NCBI GenBank assembly: GCA_024679065.1
Contig: JAGIQG010000012.1
Coordinates: 52,762,001 to 52,826,000 of the forward strand
Source of the DNA: Sphyrna mokarran
Taxonomy: Eukaryota
Reading direction: 5' to 3'
DNA length: 64,000 bases
Shown here: positions 52,510 through 64,000 of the stretch, piece after piece
Numbering within the stretch: the stretch's first letter is position 1
Layout: each line of letters starts with the position of its first letter
Notes under the pieces: model-generated
Databases searched by the model: none
Told to the model about the DNA's origin: nothing
Seen by the model: only the letters and a program-made list of their open reading frames with translations
Translations under genes and position numbers: made by a program

Positions 52510-52925
52510 ATAATGTTTCTGTGACTCAAGACGGTCATGGATTCAACTCATCCTTGGTCTTGTGCAAATATGGACACTTTACTGAAATACAGGGGATGGG
52601 AAATGCTGCATCGTCAGAAGTTTAATCTTTCCAATAATTTATTAAACCATGATTCTGCGTGTCTGCTTGTATAATATCCCATAGCACAGTTCAAAAGAAA
52701 AAGGGATCTCCCCATTTGCTGGCTACCATTCTTCCCTGAATTAACACCACTACAATTAATGGATCACTCATTCTTTTATTCTTTGTAGTGTGCACAAATT
52801 GGCTGCTGCGCTTGCCTCCAAAACAGTGTTACACTCCAGAAAGTAATTCAATATATGTGAAATGCTCTGCGATGTCTGGAAGCCATGAAGAGGCACGAAA
52901 ACAAATGCGAGTTACATCTTTCTCT
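52510..52925 (+). mobile_element. Deu-domain SINE, decayed
   Basis: atcccatagcacagttcaaaag...gtgtgcacaaattggctgctgcg...aagtaattca...aaatgcgagtt tail. Confidence 0.6.
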
Positions 52926-53508
52926 GCATTAAACATGAGATCCAAGTCCAACCACTGAAATGTCACTTGATTAAATGTGCTAGGGTATTATTAATTTGTG
53001 ACAATTTAAATGCAGGTTTATAGTCAATTACTACATTGGTTTCCTCCCATCTTCTCCTGAAGTTACAGATTTCAGTAGATCCTAGCAACTCCTCTGTGCA
53101 CCTCCCAACCCACCCCACCTGTCAATACATCCAATAGCTATTTCACATCTCAAAAATGGAGTAGCTGAAGTCTATTCCTTGTCTGTGGGCATCAAAGCCA
53201 CATCAACCCTGACATCCACTTTTATACGTGGCAGCATGTGCCAGACACTAGTGATCATTAGGACCTTGATGAGCTTTTCTTATTTCCTTAGCTGGTGACA
53301 CTGGATCAAGCTGTCCCAAAACCAGGAAGTAGTGAGCTAACTCAGCACAGCTAGGGCTTAAATATGGGCATTTTCTCATTAGATACAGACCCTGCACAAT
53401 TAGTGCACCTACCAACTGATATGCTCAATCAATGAACCATTGGGGAATCCAACAGAAACTTTGAGGGATGGGATTTTGCAGCCCTCACTCCTGTATGGCA
53501 CATTGACC

Positions 53509-53576
53509 ATGTGAAGATATCAGCATTGGACTGGGGTAAACAGCAAGAAATCTCACAACACCAGGTTAAAGTCCAA
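53509..53576. mobile_element. Penelope-type terminus fragment inside a MITE-like element
   Basis: atgtgaagatatcagcattggactggggtaaacagcaagaaatctcacaacaccaggttaaagtccaa. The host element starts gggatgggattttg at 53465. Confidence 0.65.
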
Positions 53577-54399
53577 TGGGTAGACCTGTTGAGACTTTTT
53601 ATGGCACATATGCCAAACACCGCAGCCAATCTCACCTGTCCTGCTGCTGGGAAATCCACCGTGGCGGGGGATAATAAATATGCACCTAGGAAAGCAACAA
53701 CAAGATATTCTCCCAAAATCAAAGGATAACTGTCATGCAAAAGCCAGACGGATTATATATAATCCTATTTTAGTCTGTCTATATTAGCTGGTGGGAAGGA
53801 AGTAGATACAGTTCAATCAAATAGAAATGTGAAAATAATGGCTGCGTTTGATAGTAAAAGCACCAGTAAGGATACTGGCATTCTGTTGTTGAAGTCTAAA
53901 TCAGACAGCAACTTTCTGACAGTCACATACATGCAATTAAACACAGAAATCAGGAAGCTGTTATCTTGAGCTTCCCTGTTTCTCCAGAAGCTTTGCTACA
54001 CCGGTAACTCAATGAGAGACCTGGAACTAAAACAGTATGAAATTGCAATACTTACCACTCAAGGGCAGGACTTACCATTCCAGCATAAGTAAATATTTAA
54101 CAGCATAATAAGACACAATTTTTGCCAAACCCTCTCTCTGACACTGAAACTTAAGAGTTTCGTTTTGTCAGATCTTATGGACAGGGAGGCCTTGAACTAA
54201 ACTTACCAGGTTGAGAGGAGTCAGAGCTGATTTTTCCAAAAGAGCAATGTTAAAAATAGGGGATTGGTTCTTGAACCAAGGCTGGAAATCACTCATGGAG
54301 CACTAGCAGTGTTAAATTCTCTCAACCAGTTGCTGAGATGACTGTTGATGCCAGCACACCTTCATTCAAGTTCCTCAGTTTGTGTGGGGGATATAATTA

Positions 54400-54708
54400 T
54401 AGAAACAATCATACAAATCCCTACAGTGCAGGAGGCATTCAGCCCATCAAGTCTACATTGACACAATCCCACCTAGATCCCCATTCCCTTAACCCCACAC
54501 ATTTACCCTCTAATCTCCTTGACACTAAAGGGCAATTTAGCATGGTCAATCAACCTAAGCTGCACATCTTTGGACTGTGGGAGGTAATCAGAGTGTCTGG
54601 AGGAAACCCACACAAGCATGAGGAGAATGTGCAAACTCCACATAGACAGTGACCCGAGGCTGGATTTGAACCCAGGTCCCTGGCATTGTGAGGCACCATC
54701 GATCACTG
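54400..54708 (-). mobile_element. HE1/V-SINE with CR1-type tail
   Basis: aatccctacagtgcaggaggcattcagcccatc...gacagtgacccgaggctggatttgaacccaggtccctggc. Confidence 0.88.
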
Positions 54709-55384
54709 TCAGTTGTCTGTTTAACCATTCACATCTGCAAGTCTGAGCACAAATTAAATATATATTATATATATGTATTAAAATTTTAATGGTTGTGACA
54801 AAAAAGTTCAACAGAATAAAACACTCATTTCCAACCTTCAATCTGACCAGTCATACAGATGGTCAGCACAGATCATCACTGCGCAATGTATTTACGTGCT
54901 GGTATGCCAGCATAAAGTCAAAACTGATGTAGTAGAGCTGAATTAGAGTGTCAAATTTAAAACAAGTACTGTTCGTTGTAACTCAAATGTCAAAAATCAA
55001 GAACCACCTGTAAAACGATTTCAAATTTTGCTAGAGATTTTAAGATTAGTGAATTTAAGTATGCTTTATTTGAAAACAATCCTCCTTTTCATCTCTATTT
55101 TGCTCTCTTGGCAATGAATTAATTATCTTAGTTCAGTTTTGACTGCATGCATCCATAAGGATTCATCAATCTGATTGGTTCAAGAAGACACAATTGCTCA
55201 CCTGTTTGTATTGGTACCAGATACCCTGTAGAGTGTGTTGTGCCAAAATGGCATTTCAGTCACTAAGTTCCTGTCCAAAAAAACCCAGGGGGAGTCTGAG
55301 CAAGTGTAGTAATGAATAGTTGACATCTGCTGGTGTCTGACTTGGGTTGTTGTATCATATAGTCACCATTTGTCAGGTGCATTT

Positions 55385-55930
55385 TGAATGGAATGTGGGT
55401 GTGACTGGCTAGACCAGCATTTATTGCCCAATACTAATCATTACAAAAAGATGGAAGTGAACGTCAAAGGTAGTATTTGGGCTACCTATCAAGCAGTCTG
55501 CTTTGTCCTGGATAGCGTTAACTTTCCCGAGTATTCATCCAGGTAAGGAATTTCATCATACTCCTGATTGCACCTGGTAGACCACAGACAGGCAACAGGG
55601 AGTCAGGAGGGGAGTTGTTTGCCACAGGATTCCTAAGCTCTGACCTGGCTCATCCAGTTCAGTTTCTGGTCAATGATAAGTCCCACAAAGCTGATAATGG
55701 GGGATTCAGTGATAGCAATACCAATGAATGTCAAGGGTGATGGTTAGATTCTCTCTTATTAGAGACACTCATTGCTGAGCACTTATATGGAGCAAATGCT
55801 ACATACATTGTCAGGCTGCATTTGGACACGGACTGCAGAGTCATTAGCGGACATCCCCACTTCTCACCTTACAGTGGAAGCAAAGTCATTGATAAAGCAG
55901 CTGAAGATGGTTGGACCTCAGACACTACAT
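55385..55930 (-). mobile_element. LINE fragment (CR1/L2 group, second family) with RT core
   Basis: The minus strand encodes SV.GPTIFSCFINDFASTVR.EVGMSAND (decayed FADD). Tail gctagaccagcatttattgccc. Confidence 0.75.
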
Positions 55931-56179
55931 TAAAGTTTATTTATTACTCATATGCAGGCAATTAACACTGCAAATGAAATTACTGTGAAATTCCCCTAGT
56001 CATCTGTTGGGGTCAATGCACCTAACCAGTAATTCAGACTGTGGGAGGAAACCAGAGAACCCGAAGGAAAGCCACACAGATGCAGGGAGAACATGCAAAC
56101 TCCACACAGACAGTGATCCAAGCTGGGAATTGAATCCAGGTCCCTGGCATCATGAGGCAGCAGTGCTAACCACTGTGCA
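55931..56179 (-). mobile_element. V-SINE (gtgacactaataaa-tail subfamily)
   Basis: taaagtttatttatta...gaaattcccctagtc...gaggcagcagtgctaaccactgtgc. Confidence 0.85.
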
Positions 56180-56435
56180 CCCTCATTTGCTGGGCTATTT
56201 CAGTGGCCATTTAAGAAACAACCACACTGCTGTGGGTCTGAAGCCATATGTAGACCAGGCCAGGTAAGGGCAGCAGGTTTTCTTCACTATTAATGAACCA
56301 GATGGGTTTTTACATCAAGAATGGTGTCATGCTCACCATTACTAGACTAGCTTTTAATTTCCAATTTAGTAATTGAATTTAAATTCCACAGCTGCCCTGG
56401 TGGGATCTGCACTCACATTGCCAGAGTATTAGCAT
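56180..56435 (-). mobile_element. tRNA-derived SINE 5' portion (same family as 9650)
   Basis: aaccacactgctgtgggtctgaag...gaatttaaattccacagctgccctggtgggat. Confidence 0.65.
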
Positions 56436-57456
56436 CTGTTTGTAAGAAATCAATTTTCAACAAAATTTGGTTTAAGCATAAAATTTCTAAAATACATCTT
56501 CATTACAGTAAATCATGTTTCCACCAAAGAAACAATACGAATGAACATGGTCAATGACAATACCATCATTGTCAAATAGTATTTTTAATATTTTGCATTA
56601 TTGTAATGACATCAAATCCTGCCACCATTGTTAGTGGTCAAACCTCCGTAAATCTCTCTTTAGGAGTGACCTCGAGTCTATGATATCCAATTAATAGATA
56701 GTGGAATGGTGACTGCAGATTTGTAGAAAGACAGCTTTAAGCAATAGGGAATCATAACCACTCTCCAGCCAAAAACATCTGCAAAATGTTACAATGTGTT
56801 GTTAGTGAAGCAGTTTTTTGTGCAGTAGAAATCCTTAGCAGGTCCATTACTGAAATATTGACACAATGCACTTCTTGTGTACGAGATACTGAAAATGCAC
56901 AATTACTGGCTGTAAAAAGTAAACTCTTGTGATTAGAGAGGAAAACATTAAATAAAAACATACAATTGAGATTTAAAAAAAAATTCAAAAAGACCATTAG
57001 AGCAGAATGTGTAGACATAATAATCTAAAACAGGAAATTTTATTTGCTGACAAGAAACTCAGCACAAATCAAAAGCCAAACTCAGAGCACTAGCAGTGGG
57101 ATGTGAAAAATGCCAGACCCAGAATGTGCAAGCACAGCTAATATAGTGTAGAAAATTAGCATTTTGAGTTGGAAGAATACTTGCATTTATGCTCATCCCA
57201 TTCCCCATTTTAATTCTCCAGTCTTTTACCCTGCTCTTGATATCAAAGCTGCAGTGGTCAGTCATGAACAACATCTTGCGTAATAAGGGATGTAGCTTGC
57301 TGATAGTTTTGTGACCTCTCCACTCTCTTGAACGTGGATAACAATTAGTATTCATAAAAGCATCTTTAACCTGTTAACATAAGAAACTGTCCTAATGAAC
57401 TTCAAAGTTTTATGGGGCAACATCTGTCACTGATCAGCATGCCTAAGACGACACCA

Positions 57457-58183
57457 GGAGCTACTTTTGAAATGTGACACTCAAATTGAGTTCAAAATAA
57501 GCTTTGGAATGTGTCACAAAATCTACAGATTCTCGTCTGCTTATCTATTCTTTTTCCATTCAGGAATGATTTTACTTAATTCACATTTTAGAAAAATTAC
57601 GAGATCAATTGGATTCGTTTTGTCACATTACAGAGTTACAGCTGACCTACTAGATTTGTGCTGGATGCTAATTTACTACCGTTCTTGAGAAAGCTGTACT
57701 CTTCCTGTAAAGCTTGACTGAAAAGGTAGGCTTTAAAGGAATGTAGTGAAGCAGAAAAGCAAGGTAGAAAGCTAGGAAGATTTAGTTTTGCGGGGAGGGT
57801 GGTTCCAGAGTTTAGGGCTACGGCAGCTGGAAGTCTGGCCACCAATAGGACACTTTGGGCTCATTACATGGGAGAACAATATAGAAGTGCAAGTTTTTGA
57901 TGTTCAATGTGAAATAATTTAAAAGTCTTATTTACAGGAAGAGTACAGCTTTCTCAAGAACGGTAGTAAATTATCATCCAGCACAAATCTAGTAGGTCAG
58001 CTGTAACTCTAATGTGACAAAACAAATCCAATTGATCTCATAATTTTTCTAAAATGTGAATTAAGTAAAATCATTCCTGAATGGAAAAAGAATAGATAAG
58101 CAGACGAGAATCTGCAGATATTGTGACACATTCCAAAGCTTATTTTGAACTCAATTTGAGTGTCACATTTCAAAAGTAGCTCC
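57457..58183. repeat. Long near-perfect inverted repeat (255/253-bp arms, 219-bp spacer)
   Basis: 57457-57711 is the reverse complement of 57931-58183, with 5 substitutions and one 2-nt indel by manual alignment. Confidence 0.97.
57715..57845 (-). mobile_element. L2 3' fragment in the inverted-repeat spacer
   Basis: aaaaggtaggctttaaagga...ttccagagtttagggctacggcagctgg, the reverse complement of the 41670-41770 type sequence. Confidence 0.55.
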
Positions 58184-59264
58184 CAGCAGGTCTTGAGACT
58201 CCTGCTCATACACCAGTTAGGAAGTGGCCATACATACATGGCTTGTTTCCACATCTTCAAGTCCGGCACAAGCCCTGCACACAAAGACAGTAGAAGAGTA
58301 GCAAAAAGGCGAAATGGTGCAAAATTCAGGTGACATGAAACTGGAGCATCATTAGAGAGAAAGTGATCCAAAGAGCAGGAGACAGGGAAATGGAAAGGGA
58401 GAAGGTCCCAAACCAATAAGATGTCCCAAAACTAGGAAGTGGGAAAGAAAGAGGTCCCACAAGAAGGTCCCAGGCAGGGTAGTCCTTGATGAGTCAAGAT
58501 AAACAATAGCAGCAGAAAAAAAGCCTCCAAGTTAAGAAAAAGTTGCGAGGAACAGATTTCAAACAAAGTAGGCTCATTAAAGATGAGCCCAGAATATCAA
58601 TGAGTGCAGCTAAAGGTTGGTGATTCTGTGATACAGGCTGAGAGAGGCACAGGTAACCATTTGGAGCAGTGGTGTTCTGCTTAGTATGGCTGAATATCTG
58701 AAACTGTGCTTGGAAGATGAAACCCAAGTGTAGTTGGAGATCCAAAGGAAAAAAAAATCTCAGAAGATGAGAGAAATATTGGAGGTGCATCTTGTTTGTA
58801 GTCGTCAATGGGGTGATGTTTGGAGAGAATTTCAAAGTGAGCTTTGCAAATGTGCAGATTGAACACCTCTGTGAGAAAGGCAATGATACAGTGAGACAGA
58901 GACAAGCATCCTGTTGGGTTGTTGAGAAATCCCCAGAAACTCCTTGGGCCAACTCTGTCATTTAATTTGGAGTGTGATGTGTCTGACTACAGCTTATAAA
59001 CTGGTTCACATATATTGTATACTTACCCTGAATATTAGAGTGTAAGGTAGATATGGCAAATTTATTTATGACTTGGAATTTTTTTTGTGCGTGTAAAGAT
59101 ATAGCCAAGGTGAAAGAATAATGAGCATTTGAATCATCTTATGTTTGTATTGAGATCCTTCCAACACCTTTTTGTCTAGTGTAATATACAAAAAATACAT
59201 CAAACAAATAAAATGAAAAGTATTAAAAGTTCATCAGCTGACTCCTGTGAATTTGTTCTGTGAC
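57901..59264 (+). mobile_element. Possible solo LTR-like element containing the right arm of the inverted repeat
   Basis: TG start, CA end and AATAAA about 50 nt before the end, with no coding similarity. No clear TSD seen. Confidence 0.25.
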
Positions 59265-59627
59265 ATGTTTTGGAAACTGGAAGAAAAAGATAGGATCTGT
59301 CAAGCTAGGTTCAACTCTGGAATCTGCTTTGTCCAGTAGTATCAGCTGGAGTCATAACAATATAAGATTTGTAATGATCATATTCACTTGGTCTCTGTCT
59401 CTCCCAACTCTTTCAGTCAAGTAGTTCTCATCTTAAAAGCAAAATCTCCTCTGCAAATATGTTGATGCAAAGAAATTATTGTGCTACCTGGCAAAAACAA
59501 CTCAAATGTCTGTTAACTAACATTTTGTCAGCAGTTCTGAAAAAACATTTTAATTCACTTGTAGAAAACAAAGTCATGTTTTAATTCTACATCTTTCTTA
59601 GAAGGTTTGCATATTAGATTGGCCTAC

Positions 59628-59801
59628 CTCACGCAGCTCCAATCGCTGAGCCACAGCCTCCAGGCATTCCTGTCCTGTGCTCTCCACCGACAACGTACAC
59701 TCAATAACATTGTTATCCAGCAATCGGATGCGTGTCACAAAACAGTTTTTGCTCAGAACGTTGTACCGTCTGGTTCTCCTCAGTTTGAGTCTGAAAGGCA
59801 T
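59628..59801 (-). CDS. PTPN14: PTPN14 first coding exon (FERM N-terminus, codons 1-58)
   Basis: Translates [58 protein letters not shown], nearly identical to the vertebrate PTPN14 N-terminus as I recall it. Start context is gagagccATG. Phase-0 donor GAG|gtaggc at 59627. Confidence 0.97.
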
Positions 59802-59938
59802 GGCTCTCTAGCCTTGAAAGCAGCTTCTTTCAGAAGTGAATACTTCAAGCAGTTTGCTTGTTATCTTCCAGCACCTTTTTCTGCTGAGGGTGAAACCAGC
59901 TATCCCTTTCCTGGTGACATTTAAGTACTTGAGACTTC
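59802..59938 (-). other. PTPN14: 5'UTR part of the PTPN14 ATG exon
   Basis: Acceptor tttctaactaatttcaatgttattgttcatag|GAAG, with a CTAAC branch-point about 25 nt upstream. This implies an upstream non-coding exon outside the window. Confidence 0.7.
59900..59920 (-). other. Short upstream ORF (MSPGKG*) in the PTPN14 5'UTR
   Basis: ATG TCA CCA GGA AAG GGA TAG, ending 98 nt before the main ATG. Depends on the acceptor call at 59939. Confidence 0.55.
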
Positions 59939-60379
59939 CTATGAACAATAACATTGAAATTAGTTAGAAATACCCTTAAAAGAAAAGCCTTGACAGTTTG
60001 TACCAATATTTTGAACATAAAATTAAGGCTTGAGGCACAGATCAGTCAAACATTTAGTAGGCTTATCTTAATATAGAGCAGTTAGATTCCTGCAATAAAA
60101 ATGTATAATTTTTTGGAACATATGTAAAAAGTAACATTTTTCATAAGATAATTTGCTCACAAGTATCACTCTTAATATTTTCAGAAAGGATAATCAATTC
60201 CCAATTATTCTGGAACATATTTTTGCATGTAATGATGCAAAGTTAGTTTGATGAGATGTCAGTTTCAAGATCTTTATGTCTCACCTCAACATCTCTCACA
60301 ATTTAGTACAAGTTGGCAATGTCAATCAGGGAAATCATTAGAGTCTTCTAGAGAAATAAAATGTCATCAATATTGTACA

Positions 60380-60740
60380 TATTGTTTTCATTAGAAAGAA
60401 GGCGGCTAAGAGGAGACCTTATTGAAACATACAAGATGATCAGAGGTTTAGATAGGGTGGACAGTGATAGCCTTTTTCTTCAGATGGAGAAAGCTAGCAT
60501 GAGGGGACATAGCTTCAAATTAAGGGGTGGTAGTTATAGGACGGACGTCAGAGGTAGGTTCTTTACCCAGAGGGTGGTAAGGGTATGGAATGCCCTGCCT
60601 GTAGATGCGCTAAGTTTGGGGGCGTTTAAGAGGTCCGTGGATAGGTTTATGGATGAAAAGGGAATGGTTTATTGCTTTTTCTTAATTGGTCGGTGCAACA
60701 TCGAGGGCCGAAAGGCCTGTTCTGCGCTGTAACGTTCTAT
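60380..60740 (+). mobile_element. Young CR1 3' fragment
   Basis: Open ORF LFSLERRRLRGDLIETYKMIRGLDRVD...RGHSFKL...FFTQRVVRVWNALP with retained CpGs. TGTACA on both flanks (60374, 60740). Confidence 0.92.
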
Positions 60741-61667
60741 GTACAATACTGACGTTGCAGTTAAGACACAATCTTGGCATAGAGCAAAAAGGAACTTTGC
60801 AATACCCCATTAATACAGGGTCAAAATTGATACTGATATGGGGATGGAATTTCTGAATTCATCCATTTCCACAAGTGGAAAGCTGGACCTCGGGTGTAGA
60901 GATGATCCATTCTTAACCAACAACTTTCGCCTTGATTATAACCAAAATATATCAACAGTATTTCACAAAGTTACGTGCCACTTTAGGCTGAGATGATTTA
61001 ACAATCCTTGGATAGTTTTGTAATGTACTGTTGAGTATTTAATTTAATCAAAGCAGGCTAATAATTGAGTAAATGATTTACCAGAAATCATTTTCCACAT
61101 GCAAACCTCTAACTGCTATTCAATAATTATATAATACTGGTTGGCTTACTATAGACAGAATTAGGTAGTTCATTCAGAGATGGATAGGAGCTTGGAAACG
61201 AATCATAATCAATAAATTGTTTGCCTTTTTTCAGCCTTCAAAATTAACACTAGTTCTCTAGGAGAGCATCACATTCATCAGCAACTGAGTGAAAGGTATG
61301 ATGCGTGTCAACAGCAATGAAAATACACTCCCTATTTGACATGCAGGAAGATTCCTGTTCAGTGTTCCTATAAATCATTTTAAAGGTAGTATGAAAAAAC
61401 ACCTTTTAAATTGGTAAAATATCAAACGGCCAGTCACTTATCAGCTTCCAGTTTGGGAATTTACACTTTGATCAGCATTTCTTATTGTGAATGCAACAAA
61501 CGTTAAAATCTGTCAATTATGGCTAAAGCAGGTTTAGCATATTAAAAGAAATTGGTTTGGAAACAATACTAATTGATCAAAAAGTTCTTGTAGTGGGTTT
61601 AATGATGCATTTTCCTCAAACTTACTGCAAATTGAAAAATGTTAGATTTTTACAAGTTTCAGAAAGA

Positions 61668-61833
61668 TTTTGATTTGATTTATTATTGTCACATATTAAT
61701 ATAGTGAAAAGTATTGTTGCTTGTGTGCTATACAGACAAAACATACTATTCATGCAGAAGGAAGTGAGACAGTGCAGACTGTAGTGTTACAGACATAGCA
61801 CAGATGTAGAGAAGGATCAACTTAGTGCGAGGT
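61668..61833 (-). mobile_element. Rex1/Babar LINE 3' tail
   Basis: tttgatttgatttattattgtcacat...gtgaaaagtattgttgcttg... Confidence 0.8.
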
Positions 61834-62394
61834 AAATAAAAGATAAAGGTGAGGTAAAGAGGAAATAATGCAAATATTTTTGATAACTGATGTCTGTCAA
61901 TATGTATCTAAAGCATTCCCAACTACAAGTGAGATTGTGGGACAAATCAGTAGACTTACTGTCTTCAAATTCTGCACTAGGGACACCCATACCTATCTCA
62001 TTCTTCTCTTTGCAGCTTTTCTTGGCCACATCACAACATTGTTGAACAAGGTGTATTCAACCTGATAGAGTCAATGTAAAATGAGGGCAAAAAACTTGTC
62101 AAAATGTTATGTGATGTTGCCAATTGTTTTGACAACTAAAACAAGTGACAGACTTGTAACTATCAATGCTTTAAACCTAATGTTAATGTTAAACAGCATA
62201 AATTTGGTTGATTATAAACATTTTCAAAGACAGTAAAAAACTCAATTCATTTCCGAATTTTGAAATTGTGATTTTTGTAAAATGATGCTGGGTTCATTAA
62301 AATGGAATAACTTAGGAACCCACTCCTAATCAGATTTGTGAACATACCAAAACCAGATTTTGCATGATGTTTTCTTGAAGAACGTGTCAATAGT

Positions 62395-63525
62395 TTCTTT
62401 ACTCATTCATAGGATGTGAATGGTACAGGCAAGGTTAGCTTTATCGCTCATGCCTAATAACCCTCGAGTAGGTGATGGTGAACCAGATTCTTGAATTGTT
62501 GTAACCCATCTGGTGTAGAGGCACACTCAGTGCTGTTAGTCAGTGAGCTCTCCAAGAGCTTTAAAAAGTTATATATTTCTAAATCAAGTTGTTGTATGAT
62601 TTGGAGGATAACTTGCAGGTAGGGCAGCTGCCGCACAAGAATTGCACTTGGTCATCCAGGTAGCAAAAAGTGCACATTTGGATGACATTTCACAGAAAAG
62701 CCTCAATGTGTTACTGTAGTGCATCTTATACAACTTACACATTGTAAACCATGGTGTACTGGGAGGATGGTAGTGAATTTTGATGACGACAGATTTTAGG
62801 AAGAGAGACAATTGTTAATAACTTCAGCTAACATAGAGCCATGGGACATGCGTCTTGGAGATGTTGGAAAGACTTTGGGGAGTAAAGAGCAGAGTTACTT
62901 GGCAGAGAACCAAGATTCTGGATTACAACATTCACGTGACTTGTCAGTTAAGTTTCAGGTCAATGCTAACCTCCAGGGTGTTGATGGTGAGAGACTTTAA
63001 TGATGGTAATGCCATTGGAAGTCAAGGCAAGATGGTTAGATTCTCTCTTATTGGAAATGGCCATTGATTGGCACTTGTGCAGCACACGTTATTCATTCCT
63101 TCACAGCCAAACCAGAATATTTTGAATGTGAACCTCGGACACCACTCTGAGGAATTCCTGCAACAATGTCCTAGGACTGCGATGATTAACCTCCAATAAC
63201 TACAACTTTCATTCTCGATGCTAGATGTGACTCCAATCCGAGGAGCCATTTTCTCCTGTCTGGTCCCGATCGACTTTAACTTTACAAGGCCTCCTTGAAT
63301 CCACTCTTGGCTCATCTATGAATTCAGTTCTTTTGGCAATGTTTGGACAAAAGCTGTATCACAGTCTTGAACCCAAAGACTGAAATAGTCATTGGTGAGC
63401 AAGTTATTAATGAGTAAATGGTATTTAACAGGACTGTTGATAATGCCTTCCATTACTTACTAATAATTGAGCGCAAATTAATGGGTGGGAATTGGTCAAT
63501 ATGTTTTGTTCTGCTTTCTGGGGAC
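62395..63525 (-). mobile_element. LINE 3' region (CR1/L2 group, second family), decayed
   Basis: Tail ctcattcataggatgtg...; ggaccaccactctgaggaattcctgc is the reverse complement of AGIPQSG..GP. Colinear with 55385-55930. Confidence 0.7.
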
Positions 63526-63932
63526 AGGTCTATGACCTTATGGGTATCTGTGGCTCAATGGCTTGACAAACTTCATGGGAGATTATGCTAATATTACAAA
63601 AAGCATTAGGACAGTTTACTGTGAAAGGAAGAGATGAAACTAGACTTCTGACCAAGCATATCTGGTATTAAGGGTCATTCAACCTTGGTAGCCGCATCAT
63701 CACAAAATTAGAAAGACAATGGAAACAGATGTTTTCTGTTTACGTAATCCTTGGACAAATGAGCTCAGAGTCGTGAGGGTCTTGAACAAAGGTTCTTGAA
63801 GGTTGGAGAAAGCATATATAAAAAATGGCTAAATCAGATATCAGCAGCGAAAACTAGAAACCCATCATCATATCAAGAGAATCCCGAGTTCAGAACTTAA
63901 GGAAGACACTCACTGGCCATCGAGAACGGGAA

Positions 63933-64000
63933 GTTTTTTTTTAAGTATTTGTGGGACATGAGTCATGCTGGCTGGGCAGCATTTATTGCCCATCCCTAGT
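63933..64000 (-). mobile_element. LINE/SINE 3' tail (truncated by window end)
   Basis: gtgggacatgagtcatgctggctgggcagcatttattgcccatccctagt. Confidence 0.7.

Larger units (their letters stand above)
32004..59627 (-). other. PTPN14: PTPN14 intron between first and second coding exons (27,624 bp)
   Basis: GT...AG boundaries joining two in-frame exons. Confidence 0.9.

Noticed and set aside
15985-56179. tRNA genes
   Set aside because: All A/B-box-like segments are SINE heads. No complete cloverleaf was seen.
57467-58416. Two ORFs sharing KCDTQIEFKISFGMCH...
   Set aside because: Artefact of the inverted repeat. No recognisable domain or splice structure.
59598-59627. ORF extension VGQSNMQTF
   Set aside because: Read-through past the GT donor into the intron.
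59628-59801. Paralogue PTPN21
   Set aside because: As I recall, PTPN21 begins [27 protein letters not shown]. This sequence has the PTPN14-type [18 protein letters not shown] and [11 protein letters not shown].
1-64000. CRISPR arrays, operons, CpG-island promoter
   Set aside because: No regularly spaced repeat-spacer arrays, no gene-dense organisation, and no CpG island. The sequence is CpG-depleted vertebrate intron.

Overview
Eukaryotic, AT-rich and repeat-rich DNA, almost certainly from a cartilaginous fish (shark). This is inferred from the repeat content: HE1/V-SINEs, Deu-domain SINEs, CR1, L2, Rex1/Babar and RTE LINEs, and Penelope-type termini. The whole window lies inside PTPN14 (FERM-domain tyrosine phosphatase, Hippo/YAP regulator) on the minus strand. 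Two coding exons are present: the ATG exon (CDS 59801-59628, 174 nt) and the next FERM exon (32003-31834, 170 nt), separated by a 27.6 kb intron. The following intron is >31.8 kb and runs off the window start. The upstream non-coding exon and promoter appear to lie beyond the window end. Everything else is intronic, with decayed and often nested transposons. The most notable non-genic signals are: a ~97%-identical 255-bp inverted repeat 1.4-2.2 kb into the intron after the ATG exon; Penelope-derived minimal hammerhead-ribozyme relics in sense to the pre-mRNA; two well-formed candidate poison exons; a short uORF; and a family of GC-rich MITE-like elements. I found no convincing new multi-gene system. 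Nearly all listed ORFs are spurious or TE remnants.
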